NCBI GenBank assembly: GCA_029555025.1
Contig: JAKPTZ010000115.1
Location: 24,898 to 88,897, forward strand
Reading direction: 5' to 3'
Origin: Deltaproteobacteria bacterium
GTDB taxonomy: Bacteria > Myxococcota_A > UBA9042 > DTJE01
Length of the DNA: 64,000 nt
The position numbers and the translations under genes were made by a program. Positions 8,178 to 17,309 of this stretch are shown piece by piece. A model generated the notes under the pieces. It was not told the DNA's origin, searched no databases, and saw nothing but the letters and a program-made list of their open reading frames with translations. The stretch's first letter is position 1. Each line of letters begins with the position of its first letter.

Positions 8178-10610
8178 TCAGGTCGTTTTCCGCTTTCCGG
8201 CCTTTCCAGGTCGGTCCCGTTCGGGCTTTTCCTTCTCGCTCATCGCCTTGACCGCAGCGTCGGTCGCGGCGAAAACCGAACCTTTTTCCCAGGTTCCGTC
8301 TTCCTGCCTGGTTCCGGCCGGCAAGCCGGTCATGATTTCGACCACTTCCTCGATGCGGCGAGCCGCCCAGATGTTGAAGCGTCGTTTCCTGACGGCCTCC
8401 TCGACCTCCGGTTCCAGAACCAGGTTGCGCTGGTTCGCGGCAGGAATGATCACACCCTGGCGTCCGGTCAGTCCGCGTTCACTGCAAATCTTGAAAAAGC
8501 CCTCGATCTTCTCGTTGACGCCACCGACCGCCTGCACGTCTCCGGTCTGGTTCAGGCTTCCGGTGACGGCGACGTCCTGCCTCAGCGGAATCCGGGAAAG
8601 CGAGGACAGAACCGCGCAGAATTCCGCGCATGAAGCCGAGTCCCCGTCGATGCGTCCGTACGACTGTTCGACCGTCAGGCTGACCGTGATGCCGGGAACG
8701 CGATTCTTTGCGAACATGTCGCCCAGAAGGCCGGAAATGATGAGGACGGCCTTGTTGAAGGTGTTTCCGGAAAGCCTTGCCTCGCGTTCGACGTTGATGA
8801 TTCCGGCGGAACCCCGGAATGATTTGGCGGTGATCCTCAGAGGCATCCCGAAAGTCTGGTCGGCCATCTGATAAACGGCAAGTCCGTTGATGACGCCGGG
8901 AATCGCGCCCTCGGAATCGATGATGACGGTTCCGTTCAGGACCATCTCGACGCCCTTGTCCCAGGAGAGCGAAACGCGATCCTTGCGCTGGCGGCGCGCG
9001 GCGATGATGTGCCTGGCGTCGATGATTGCCGATCCTTCCTGGCGTGCCAGGTGATCCGCCTCGATCAGCAGGTTCAGAACCAGATTGAACTGAAGCGTGA
9101 GTCTGTCGGACGCGTCGGCCATCCGCATGGAGTATTCGATCACGTCCGCGACGCCGGCCGACGAAACGGGAAGCAGTCCGTCACGTTCACTGGTCGTGGC
9201 TATGAACCTTGCATATTCCTGGAGCATGTCGTCGGAAACGGCGACTTCCGAGTCGAACTCCGCCTTGATCTGGAAGGCTTTTCCAAATTCCTCGTCTGCC
9301 TCGTGCAGAAGCTGGTACAGGAAATTGCTGCCTACCAGGATTACCTTGCAGGACATCGGGATCGGATTCGGCCGGATGGTCGTGGTAGGCAGGAACTGGT
9401 AGGCCTCGCCCATCTCGGCAATCTCCAGCAGCCTTTGACGCAGCACGGTCTTCAAGGCCTCCCACGCAAACGGATACGACACCAGTTCCCGGGTATGCAG
9501 AATCAGGAATCCGCCGTTTGCCCGAAGCAGAGAGCCAGCCTTGATCATCGTGAAATCGGTTGAATAGATGCCGTTTTCAACGCGCTTCTCGATGCGCCCG
9601 ACAAGGTTGTGGTAAGTCGGGGTGTTTTCGAAGACGACCGGCGCGCCCCTGACTTCGGAGTTGTCCACCAGCAGGTTGACCTTGTATTCGGTCATTGCCG
9701 CTTCGATGAGTTGTTTGGTCATGCCGTCGTCGGAGTCCTCGGCCAGGAATCGCGGGATGTTTTCAAGAATGCTGGCCCTGACCGCCTCCAGGTGGGCTAT
9801 CACTTCCGGACAAGATGAGTATTCGGCCAGCAGGGCCTTCATCGACTCATCCATCGTTTCGGCACACAGGCGGTTGTTGGCCACCTGAACCTTCGCATGG
9901 ACAATCTGCTCCGCTTCCTTGTTCTTTTCGAAAAACGCCGCGATTGCAGGCTCGATTGCCCTGCGGTTTTCATCGATGGTCTTCTTCTGGGCGTCCGAAA
10001 GCTTCGCGTATTCCTTGTTGCTGATGGCCTCGCCGTCAACCACGGGTATGGTGACCAGGCCTTCCTTTGTCTGCTTCACCTGGAAGTTGTTCCTGCCTGC
10101 CACCTCGTCCAGCCGTTCGAAGGCCTCGTTTTCGATGGCCAGTCCCTCGTTCAGGATTTCCTGAAGCGTTTCCTGGTGTTTCTGGGTGTGAAAGGCCCTG
10201 GGCAGGTTCTTCTTCAGCGAAGAAATGAACTCGTCCATCTGACCGCGGAACTGAAGCCCCTTGCCTGCCGGCAGGCTGAAAACCCTTGGGGTTTCGGGGT
10301 GCTTGAAGTTATTGACCATGCACCAGTCGGGGGGCGTGGGCATCTGCCTGGATGCCTCATCGACAAGTCTTTTGAGAAGGCTCGACTTGCCGGTTCCGGA
10401 GGCACCTGAAACGTAGATGTTGAAGTTTCGCTTCTGGATCGAAAGGCCGAGTTCGAGAGCTTTCTGGGCCCGGGCCTGCTCAACGACCCCGACAAGCTTC
10501 TCGACGTGCCTTGTGCTCCGGAACTTGAATATGGAAGGGTTGATGTGGCGATGTACCTGCTTCCAGCCCAGGCGGCAGTCTTTTTCAGCGGACGGTTTTT
10601 TCGCGGCCAT
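8178..10610 (-). CDS. Lon-family protease with AAA-like domain carrying a long helical insertion (LonC-like)
   Basis: 810 aa with Walker A VSGASGTGKSSLLK and a ~200-aa helical insert. The C-terminal Lon protease domain has a Ser-Lys dyad context (RIDGDSASCAEF ... GGVNEKIEGFF). The expected Walker B position reads GGFLILHTRE (no D-E by my manual alignment). Confidence 0.85.
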   Translation of the reverse strand: MAAKKPSAEKDCRLGWKQVHRHINPSIFKFRSTRHVEKLVGVVEQARAQKALELGLSIQKRNFNIYVSGASGTGKSSLLKRLVDEASRQMPTPPDWCMVNNFKHPETPRVFSLPAGKGLQFRGQMDEFISSLKKNLPRAFHTQKHQETLQEILNEGLAIENEAFERLDEVAGRNNFQVKQTKEGLVTIPVVDGEAISNKEYAKLSDAQKKTIDENRRAIEPAIAAFFEKNKEAEQIVHAKVQVANNRLCAETMDESMKALLAEYSSCPEVIAHLEAVRASILENIPRFLAEDSDDGMTKQLIEAAMTEYKVNLLVDNSEVRGAPVVFENTPTYHNLVGRIEKRVENGIYSTDFTMIKAGSLLRANGGFLILHTRELVSYPFAWEALKTVLRQRLLEIAEMGEAYQFLPTTTIRPNPIPMSCKVILVGSNFLYQLLHEADEEFGKAFQIKAEFDSEVAVSDDMLQEYARFIATTSERDGLLPVSSAGVADVIEYSMRMADASDRLTLQFNLVLNLLIEADHLARQEGSAIIDARHIIAARRQRKDRVSLSWDKGVEMVLNGTVIIDSEGAIPGVINGLAVYQMADQTFGMPLRITAKSFRGSAGIINVEREARLSGNTFNKAVLIISGLLGDMFAKNRVPGITVSLTVEQSYGRIDGDSASCAEFCAVLSSLSRIPLRQDVAVTGSLNQTGDVQAVGGVNEKIEGFFKICSERGLTGRQGVIIPAANQRNLVLEPEVEEAVRKRRFNIWAARRIEEVVEIMTGLPAGTRQEDGTWEKGSVFAATDAAVKAMSEKEKPERDRPGKAGKRKTT

Positions 10611-10692
10611 CGTCTGGCTCCAGAACGGTTTCGCGAAAGCCTATCACGATTGACGGAAAGCGGGGGACTCTCAAAGTTTGCCTTCCGGGGGA

Positions 10693-12318
10693 TCACCTTG
10701 CGGAGCCCTGACGGAGTTCAGGTGGAAGGTATCGCGAAAAGGCCCCGGCACCGGAGTTGGAACCGAAGCTTGCCCCCGATTCCAGCCCGCTTCCGGCGGT
10801 GGCCTTGACAGCGACCCCGCCGCGGGAGGCGTCGGTGACCGTCCAGTTCCTGCCGCCGATGATGACGTCGGCACCGGCGGCCGTCCTGGCCGACACCATG
10901 CCGACGGTGCGCCCTGTCCCCGCATCCACGACTTTGATCGAGGCGGAGTCGGCGATATTGGAGTGTATGCGTCCCCGTTCGCCCATGTCCATCAATCTTG
11001 ACGAGGCCCGAAGCACTTCGCCGGCGCTTTCGTCCAGGAAGCCTTCGGTACGCAGGTGATCGACGATCGCGTCGATGACCGGGCCAGGTGCGACGGGGTC
11101 AAGGATTCTTCGGATCGTGGCGCGTCGAAGTCCCTTTCTGTTTTCAAACAGAAGGGAAAATATCTGCTGAACCGCGACCGACAGGTCTGGCAGCCTTTCT
11201 GACTGCGGGAATGCCTGTTCGACGACGTCATTCATCAGCATCGCGAATCTTCCTTCATCCCCCGGTCCGTCCGGAACGAATATGGCCCTCATGCCGTCGC
11301 GCCGCCTGCAACCGCGGCCGACCCTCTGCTGGAGCGATGCGACCGTTTCGGGCGCTCCGAACAGAACGACTGCATCGACGTCACCGATATCGACCCCGAG
11401 TTCCATGGTGGATGTCGAGACCAGGATGCCTGCCTCGAAGTACCTGAAAGCCTTTTCAACGTCCTCGCGTTCCCGGCGGGCGAGGCTGGCGTGGTGCACC
11501 ATGACTCTCTCGGCCGGCCACGGGCCCGTCCTGAGCACCAGGGCCGCGGTTTCCTCGGTCTTCTTCCTGGTGTTGCAGAATATTATGGCCTTCGTGAGCC
11601 GTTCCGAACGCAGAAGCGCGAGTGCGGACGGGATGTCGGGGGACACCGTGGCATCCAGAGGCCTTCTTCTGTCATCCCGAACGACCTCGGGCCTTTCACC
11701 GAAAAGTCGCGTTCCCAGGCCGGCGGGATCCCCGACGGTCGCCGTTACGGCAATCAGCCGGGGCCTGGCCGCCGACCGTTTCATCTGAATCCGTCGAATC
11801 AGTATCCGCAACTGGTCGCCGCGCGCGGTACCGTCCATCAGGTGCGCCTCGTCGATGACGATCGCGTGAAGGTTGTCGAAAGCCGCCGGATGGCGGCAAA
11901 GCAGCGAATCGAAAGACTCCGGCGTCGTAATCAGGAGGTCGGTGTGATCCCTTCCAACCGGTGAAGGGCGGTCGCCGGTCCTGACCCGGCTGCTCATCTT
12001 CATTGCCGCGGCCGGCTCGCGAACGCGGTTTTCGATGTCGTTAGCCAGCGCCCTGGTGGGAACGATGTACAGAATGCCAACCTGCGGACGGGGATCTTCA
12101 ATGGCGGCCATTTCCTCGAAAAGCGGGGCGAGCACGGCCTCGGTCTTGCCGGAAGCGGCGGGCGCGACAACGACGGCATCCCGCCCCGAGGCAATGACCG
12201 GAATCGCAAGTTCCTGGATCCCGGTAAGGTTGCCGAAGCGGGCCAGAAATGCCGGAAACGCGCGCGGAAGGGATCTGGCGGCATCCATCCGGCTGAATCT
12301 GTCGATGCCCGGTTTCAA
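10693..12318 (-). CDS. Lhr-like superfamily-2 DEAH-box helicase (BrxHI-like)
   Basis: 541 aa. Motif I VVAPAASGKTEA, Ia YIVPTRALAND, Ib LLITTPESFDSLL, II VIDEAHLM, III AVTAT, VI QRVGRGCRR. ATGA start/stop overlap (12315-12318) with the upstream ATPase gene. Confidence 0.85.
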   Translation of the reverse strand: MKPGIDRFSRMDAARSLPRAFPAFLARFGNLTGIQELAIPVIASGRDAVVVAPAASGKTEAVLAPLFEEMAAIEDPRPQVGILYIVPTRALANDIENRVREPAAAMKMSSRVRTGDRPSPVGRDHTDLLITTPESFDSLLCRHPAAFDNLHAIVIDEAHLMDGTARGDQLRILIRRIQMKRSAARPRLIAVTATVGDPAGLGTRLFGERPEVVRDDRRRPLDATVSPDIPSALALLRSERLTKAIIFCNTRKKTEETAALVLRTGPWPAERVMVHHASLARREREDVEKAFRYFEAGILVSTSTMELGVDIGDVDAVVLFGAPETVASLQQRVGRGCRRRDGMRAIFVPDGPGDEGRFAMLMNDVVEQAFPQSERLPDLSVAVQQIFSLLFENRKGLRRATIRRILDPVAPGPVIDAIVDHLRTEGFLDESAGEVLRASSRLMDMGERGRIHSNIADSASIKVVDAGTGRTVGMVSARTAAGADVIIGGRNWTVTDASRGGVAVKATAGSGLESGASFGSNSGAGAFSRYLPPELRQGSAR

Positions 12319-13832
12319 ATCGCGTCGCCTTCGCCACCGGAAACGACCATCTGTTCCACGTCGCCATCGGGATAGAAGCGGACGTAGTCGAGGGCTTCGA
12401 TCACGGACTTGATGAACGTTCTGGTCGATTGTATCCGGTCGGCCGTGTACAGCAGCCTGAACAGCCTGTCCTGGCGCTTCTTCTCCAGTTTCACGCCGTA
12501 CGTGGTGTCATAAGTGCGGCATATCCTGCGGAAAAGCTCGCGAAGCTGATCCATTGAAAGGACATCGACCTGGACCCTTGTAATCGTTTCCCTGGTCCGG
12601 CTGAATTCATCCTGGAGCGTGCCCGGAGTAAGCGCGAACGCGACCTTCAGGGCACCGGGAATTCCGGTGGTGTATCTGACGGGGTGATGTGCCGAGTATA
12701 TCAGGCCGGATACCGCGCCCTGGATTGTTTCGGCTCGAATGAGTTCCTCGTCCATGAGTACGTCGTCATCGTTGGCTGTAAGGACAAGCCCGCGGAAGAA
12801 GTTCATTCCGCGCTGGGCCTGGTATCGGTACATTACGCTTCCGGCCACTTCCGCCTCGTCCAGAAGAACCAGCAGGCCCATCATTCCAAGGACTTCCGAT
12901 GCTGCCCTGGCAGTTGCCGAAAGTATGTTGCAGTAGATGTTGGCACAGGTCGAGTAATCGTAAAGCGTCTTCTTGCGCCCGATCCGGCCTTCCCCGCGGG
13001 CTTCGATGAAGTCCCATTCTTCCTCGGTAAGTCCTGGCCTTTCGTGCGGCTCCTCCTCCTGGAGCCGCTCCAGGACGCTTGCAAAAAGCCAGTGGTCGCC
13101 AAGGACATCCCGCCAGCCCGGCCGGGACGCCACTTCACGCCAGAATCCACGGAAGTTCAACACCCGGTCATCAACGACGGCCTTGAATCCGGTGACCAGA
13201 TGCCGGTAAGCCTTCTTGGGAAAAGCTGCCGATGCCTCGGATGGATCGAAACCCGCCATGGCGACCGCGTAGCCCAGTTGCTCCGCTTCGCCCGCCAGGA
13301 ATCGCAGCAGGTGGCTCTTGCCCGCGCCGTAGGCCCCTTCCACCAGGGCTGCGCCCTCGGCATGGTCGTGAAGGAATTCCATCAGTTGCCCGACTTCATC
13401 CTTGCGCCCGACCGTCCACTCCCCGATCGATGAAGATGGCACGATCCCAAGCCTGAAGGCCTCTATAGCCATGCTTGCACTGACCGGCCGGTTTTCCGGC
13501 AGCATTCGATACACCGGAGCCCGATGTTTCCTGGCTCCTGCAGGTTCCTCGCTCGCTGGAGCCTGTCCCCCAAGCAGGCGGAGGATTGCGTCAAGGGATG
13601 TGCTGGAGGGTGCCGTCGATCGAACAGCCGGAGCCTCGTCTTCGACGAGCTTCAGCCCTTCACCGGCACGGACAAGTTCCCGCGCCGGGATCCACAGGCT
13701 GTAAACCCCGAAGTTGACACGGAATTCAAATCCGCCAATCCGTGAACCAAGCACCGTGCCGTCGCCATATGTGGCATGCGTCACGGCATCGCCCTTTTCG
13801 AACCTATTCATAGATATCGTCCGGGTCGGCAT
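12315..13832 (-). CDS. BrxD-type (DUF2791-like) P-loop ATPase, paralog B, with N-terminal Tudor/SH3-like domain
   Basis: 505-aa ORF; alternative start ATG at 13811 (MNRFEKGD). Walker A VEGAYGAGKSHLL and Walker B LLVLLDEAEVAGS. The N-terminus FEKGDAVTHATYGDGTVLG resembles the PcrA/UvrD C-terminal Tudor motif. Overlaps the stop of paralog A. Confidence 0.78.
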   Translation of the reverse strand: MPTRTISMNRFEKGDAVTHATYGDGTVLGSRIGGFEFRVNFGVYSLWIPARELVRAGEGLKLVEDEAPAVRSTAPSSTSLDAILRLLGGQAPASEEPAGARKHRAPVYRMLPENRPVSASMAIEAFRLGIVPSSSIGEWTVGRKDEVGQLMEFLHDHAEGAALVEGAYGAGKSHLLRFLAGEAEQLGYAVAMAGFDPSEASAAFPKKAYRHLVTGFKAVVDDRVLNFRGFWREVASRPGWRDVLGDHWLFASVLERLQEEEPHERPGLTEEEWDFIEARGEGRIGRKKTLYDYSTCANIYCNILSATARAASEVLGMMGLLVLLDEAEVAGSVMYRYQAQRGMNFFRGLVLTANDDDVLMDEELIRAETIQGAVSGLIYSAHHPVRYTTGIPGALKVAFALTPGTLQDEFSRTRETITRVQVDVLSMDQLRELFRRICRTYDTTYGVKLEKKRQDRLFRLLYTADRIQSTRTFIKSVIEALDYVRFYPDGDVEQMVVSGGEGDAI

Positions 13833-15093
13833 CTTCGCCGGGCGAAAGCATTCGCGTGGCGAATTCCTCGTCGATCACGGTGTCCGGTTCGAACCGCAGC
13901 GCGTGCATTGCCCGCACGACGGCCTGGACGAACATTCTCTTGTACCCTATGTCGCCAAAGGCGCGTTCGGCGGTCGCATCCGCGAGAACCCTTACCAGAT
14001 TGCGGGTCTGATCGGCCGGCATGCGGAACTGGTAGGCGTTTTCATAGACGCCGCACAGTTTTCTTCCGATGTCGTTCATCAAGGTCTTCGGATCCCTTGC
14101 GATTCGATCAAGCCGGACTTTGACGCCGGTGGGGTTCGTGTAGTCGAATACCGTCTGAATTCTCTGGCGAAGCGCTTCGTAAGCCGGAGATCGGCCCTCG
14201 GTCAGGAACTGCTCGTTTGGAATGGCATAAAAGACCATCGTGTTCGCGAACGAGGAAGCCCCGCACTGATCAACCATCTCGCGCAGGTTGGCCAGCATCA
14301 GTTCCTTCTGCTTGGAAGTCATCGAGCCGGCCTGTTCGGCCTCGTCGAACAGGATGATGATGCCGCCGAAGCGCAGGTTCCGAACCCACGTCACCAGTGA
14401 TCTGATCGTGGCGAACGCCTGGGATCTGTCAATCGGCTGCAGAACCCCTCCAGCCTTGTGCGACAGCCGATCCCAGCCATCGACGGTAAGGTACTGCAGC
14501 ATTGCGTCGAACTGATCCTGGTCATTGCGGGTCAACGCTTCAATGGCAAGTCGGACGGCCTTCCCGAAATTCGGGTTTTCGCAGCCACGAACCGAATCGG
14601 CCGCAATTGCCCTGATGCGATCTTCCAGTTGTTCGCCGGCGATGCCTTCCTCTTCGGCGATGGCGGTCTTCATGTCGTGATAGACCGCCTTGATGAAGGC
14701 GCCGAGCCCGCGCTCCCCGCCGGTCAGGAGTTCATCCGGCGTCAGTGGACGCATCAGGTTGACCGCGATGGACTTGTAAACCATGTCCAGGCGGTGGAAC
14801 GGCGACGATTCCGCCGAAAGCGGGCAGTATGTGACCAGGTAGTCATGACGCCAGGCAAGCTCGCGGACGCTGTACAGGAAGTGTGTCTTGCCGCCGCCAT
14901 ACGTTCCGACGACGACTTTGAACGACGACCCGCCTTCGCGGACGAATGACTTGAGGTAATCGTCCTCGATCACCTTCAGGTACCCGTCAAGGCCCGAGGA
15001 AAAGAACTGGAAACCCCATTCGGGCGGGGTTCCGGACGAACCGACCACTTCGATAATGTGGCGGGCCTGCCTGGCGGTCAGGTTGTCAACCAT
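13804..15093 (-). CDS. BrxD-type (DUF2791-like) P-loop ATPase, paralog A
   Basis: ORF 13804..15243. The start is preferred at 15093 (MVDNLTARQARHIIEVVGSSGTPPEWG), which leaves a 31-nt gap to the upstream gene. Walker A VVGTYGGGKTHFL and Walker B IIILFDEAEQAGS. Family assignment is from memory of BrxD/DUF2791 sequences, not from a search. Confidence 0.78.
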   Translation of the reverse strand: MVDNLTARQARHIIEVVGSSGTPPEWGFQFFSSGLDGYLKVIEDDYLKSFVREGGSSFKVVVGTYGGGKTHFLYSVRELAWRHDYLVTYCPLSAESSPFHRLDMVYKSIAVNLMRPLTPDELLTGGERGLGAFIKAVYHDMKTAIAEEEGIAGEQLEDRIRAIAADSVRGCENPNFGKAVRLAIEALTRNDQDQFDAMLQYLTVDGWDRLSHKAGGVLQPIDRSQAFATIRSLVTWVRNLRFGGIIILFDEAEQAGSMTSKQKELMLANLREMVDQCGASSFANTMVFYAIPNEQFLTEGRSPAYEALRQRIQTVFDYTNPTGVKVRLDRIARDPKTLMNDIGRKLCGVYENAYQFRMPADQTRNLVRVLADATAERAFGDIGYKRMFVQAVVRAMHALRFEPDTVIDEEFATRMLSPGEDADPDDIYE

Positions 15094-15124
15094 CTGAAAT
15101 CTCCCGTTCCTGAGTCGTCCAAAC

Positions 15125-15988
15125 TCAGGCAGTAACCTTAACAAACCGGAGCGTTGCGAAGTTAACGCCCTCAAGGATTCCAGGTCTCGGCACCCAGAGG
15201 TGATCCCCGGCATTCCTTGTCTGGGACATCGTCGCCACGTCAAGCCTCAGTTCCATTCCCCGGATGATCCGGTTTCTGAGCCTTGACAGATCCGCCGCGA
15301 ATTCCACCCTTCCGTACGACCTGAAGGTCTCCTTTCGCGGATCAATCAGGAAGGCCGGCTTCTGGCGCATAAAGGCGATTTCCGGGATCAGCGACGTGAC
15401 CGGCACGCGGCCCCCGGACTCGGCACCGGTGCGTATCACGGCCAGCCGGTAAGCCTTTTCAAGTTCGGCAAGGAAAGCCGGCTCGTCGAAAGAATCCGGA
15501 AAGAGCCTGCCGTTCTGTTCCCGGATCTGCGCGCAGATGTCTTCGGGATCCAGAGAAGCCGCCGCCAGCCTGTATTTGCCGGGTCCAAGCCATATGGTGC
15601 ACAGGCCCTTTGAACCGAATGTGAATTCCAGCGAGAAAGGCCCGGCCGTCAGCGTGGGAAGGTTTCCGGACACCTTGAAGTCTTCTTCGTTCAGGCGTTT
15701 TGCGACCGCTCCCGCAAGCAGCGCCTTCTCGCGATCAAGGCGGCTGCGGGATTCCGACAGCGTCGCCGCAATCGCCGCCTTCATTGCCGCGGCGCCCGTT
15801 TCCAGCCCGGCGATGTCCCCGATTGCCCGCAACGCCCTTTCGGCCATGTCGATTGATGATGCCAGGTTCCCCTTGCGGTGTTCCCTGGAGAATTCCTCAA
15901 CCGACTTTCCGGCGTTGGCGGCAGCCTTGATGGCCTTCAGGAACGTCTTGACCTGTTCTTCCATGGGCTTCCCCCGGGGTTGCTTCAT
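15125..15988 (-). CDS. hypothetical protein (first gene of the ATPase-helicase cassette)
   Basis: 287-aa ORF with normal amino-acid composition and no TM or signal peptide. Same strand as paralog A and tightly spaced with it. I recognise no family. N-terminal helical part (EEQVKTFLKAIKAAANAGKS), C-terminal mixed part. Confidence 0.62.
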   Translation of the reverse strand: MKQPRGKPMEEQVKTFLKAIKAAANAGKSVEEFSREHRKGNLASSIDMAERALRAIGDIAGLETGAAAMKAAIAATLSESRSRLDREKALLAGAVAKRLNEEDFKVSGNLPTLTAGPFSLEFTFGSKGLCTIWLGPGKYRLAAASLDPEDICAQIREQNGRLFPDSFDEPAFLAELEKAYRLAVIRTGAESGGRVPVTSLIPEIAFMRQKPAFLIDPRKETFRSYGRVEFAADLSRLRNRIIRGMELRLDVATMSQTRNAGDHLWVPRPGILEGVNFATLRFVKVTA

Positions 15989-16074
15989 CCGATCCGGGTC
16001 GCCCCGGCCGCGCAGTATTATAAGGCCAAATCAATTTATGGCGATTGAAAGCGTGTAACCTGTCGGGAACTTCG

Positions 16075-17076
16075 TCAGCGCGCGGCCTCGCGGGACAGGA
16101 GGTCTTTCCATTGATCACCGAAGAGTCCATCCAGCATCCTGCGGAAATCGCCCGGAAGCGGGGCGGTGATATCCATCTGTTGTCCGGTGACGGGGTGGGC
16201 GAAGCGAATGTTCCAGGCATGAAGGGCATGACGCTTGATCATTTCCAGGGCGGCCACCTCGGATTCGGGGCGGCTTCCCCTGCGGGGCCATCCGCGGCCA
16301 TAGACGCGATCGCCGACAATCGGGTGCCCGGCCTCGGACAGGTGAACCCTTATTTGATGTGTTCTTCCGGTCATCGGTTTGGCCGCCACGAGCGCGCACA
16401 GGTTGGCGCGCATAAGCGTCCGGTATCCGGTCACCGCGTCGCGGCCGTCGCGCACGCGCCCGGTGAACTGGCGTCTGTCCCCGGTTCGTCTGCCGAAGGA
16501 TGTCTCGATGAGTCCCTGGTCGTCGATGCCTGGTCCAAGCACCACGGCCAGGTACGTCTTGTTGATTGTGCGCTCGCGGAACATGTCCCCGAGAAGTTCG
16601 TGTGTGTGATTGTCCCTTGCGACGATCATCACGCCCGAAGTGTCCTTGTCCAGCCGGTGTACTATTCCCGGCCTGTCCGGTCCGCCGAAGTTCGAAAATG
16701 TGCGGCCGGACGCCAGGAGCTGGTTCACAAGTGTTCCCGAGCCGTGTCCCGCGCCCGGGTGAACGACCAGTCCGGCCCGCTTGTTGATCACCATCAGGAA
16801 TTCATCCTCGAAAAGGATTTCCAGTTCCGGGCCACCGTGTTCGGGAGCGGGACCGGCATGGTCGGACGGCGGCGGCGGAGTCAGTTCCACCTGCATTCCG
16901 GCTGCAAGCCTGAAGCCTGCCGGTCGTTGCCTTCCGTTGACCAGCGCCGCCCCGTTCTTGATCAATTTCTGGGCGAGCGACCTGGAGATGGCGGGGAATC
17001 TGGCCGCGATGACCATGTCAAGCCTTGCGCCGTTTTCGTGATCCCCCGTTTCAAATCGCAGCAGATCTTCTTTCAT
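16075..17076 (-). CDS. rluD: RluA/RluD-family 23S rRNA pseudouridine synthase
   Basis: 333 aa with an N-terminal S4 domain (RLDMVIAARFPAISRSLAQKLIKNGAALVNG). Catalytic motif HRLDKDTSGVMIVA. Also contains TGRTHQIRVH. Confidence 0.9.
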   Translation of the reverse strand: MKEDLLRFETGDHENGARLDMVIAARFPAISRSLAQKLIKNGAALVNGRQRPAGFRLAAGMQVELTPPPPSDHAGPAPEHGGPELEILFEDEFLMVINKRAGLVVHPGAGHGSGTLVNQLLASGRTFSNFGGPDRPGIVHRLDKDTSGVMIVARDNHTHELLGDMFRERTINKTYLAVVLGPGIDDQGLIETSFGRRTGDRRQFTGRVRDGRDAVTGYRTLMRANLCALVAAKPMTGRTHQIRVHLSEAGHPIVGDRVYGRGWPRRGSRPESEVAALEMIKRHALHAWNIRFAHPVTGQQMDITAPLPGDFRRMLDGLFGDQWKDLLSREAAR

Positions 17077-17309
17077 CGGCCAAATCCGGGTTGTCCATTT
17101 TCGGACAAGTGAAAAAGTACGTCGCGGATTGTAACATGGATCCGTCCGGGCCGGGCCGGACGCCTTCGCGCGCCATGCCGTCAGCCAGAGTGCCGGCCCT
17201 TGTCTGGCGGCGCGTTTCGGGCGATCATGCCGGCTGAAGCGGTCTGAATGTTGTGCGGGGATTGTCTGCCGGGCGTCGCAAGTCGATCGCCGGGCATCGG
17301 AGATTCCAG

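Noticed and set aside
15125-15988. PD-(D/E)xK nuclease motif in the orphan first gene (FPDSFDEPAFLAELEKAY).
   Set aside because: The residues do not give a proper D...(D/E)xK spacing: ELEK places E and K adjacent. There is no supporting secondary-structure evidence, so the gene is left as function unknown.
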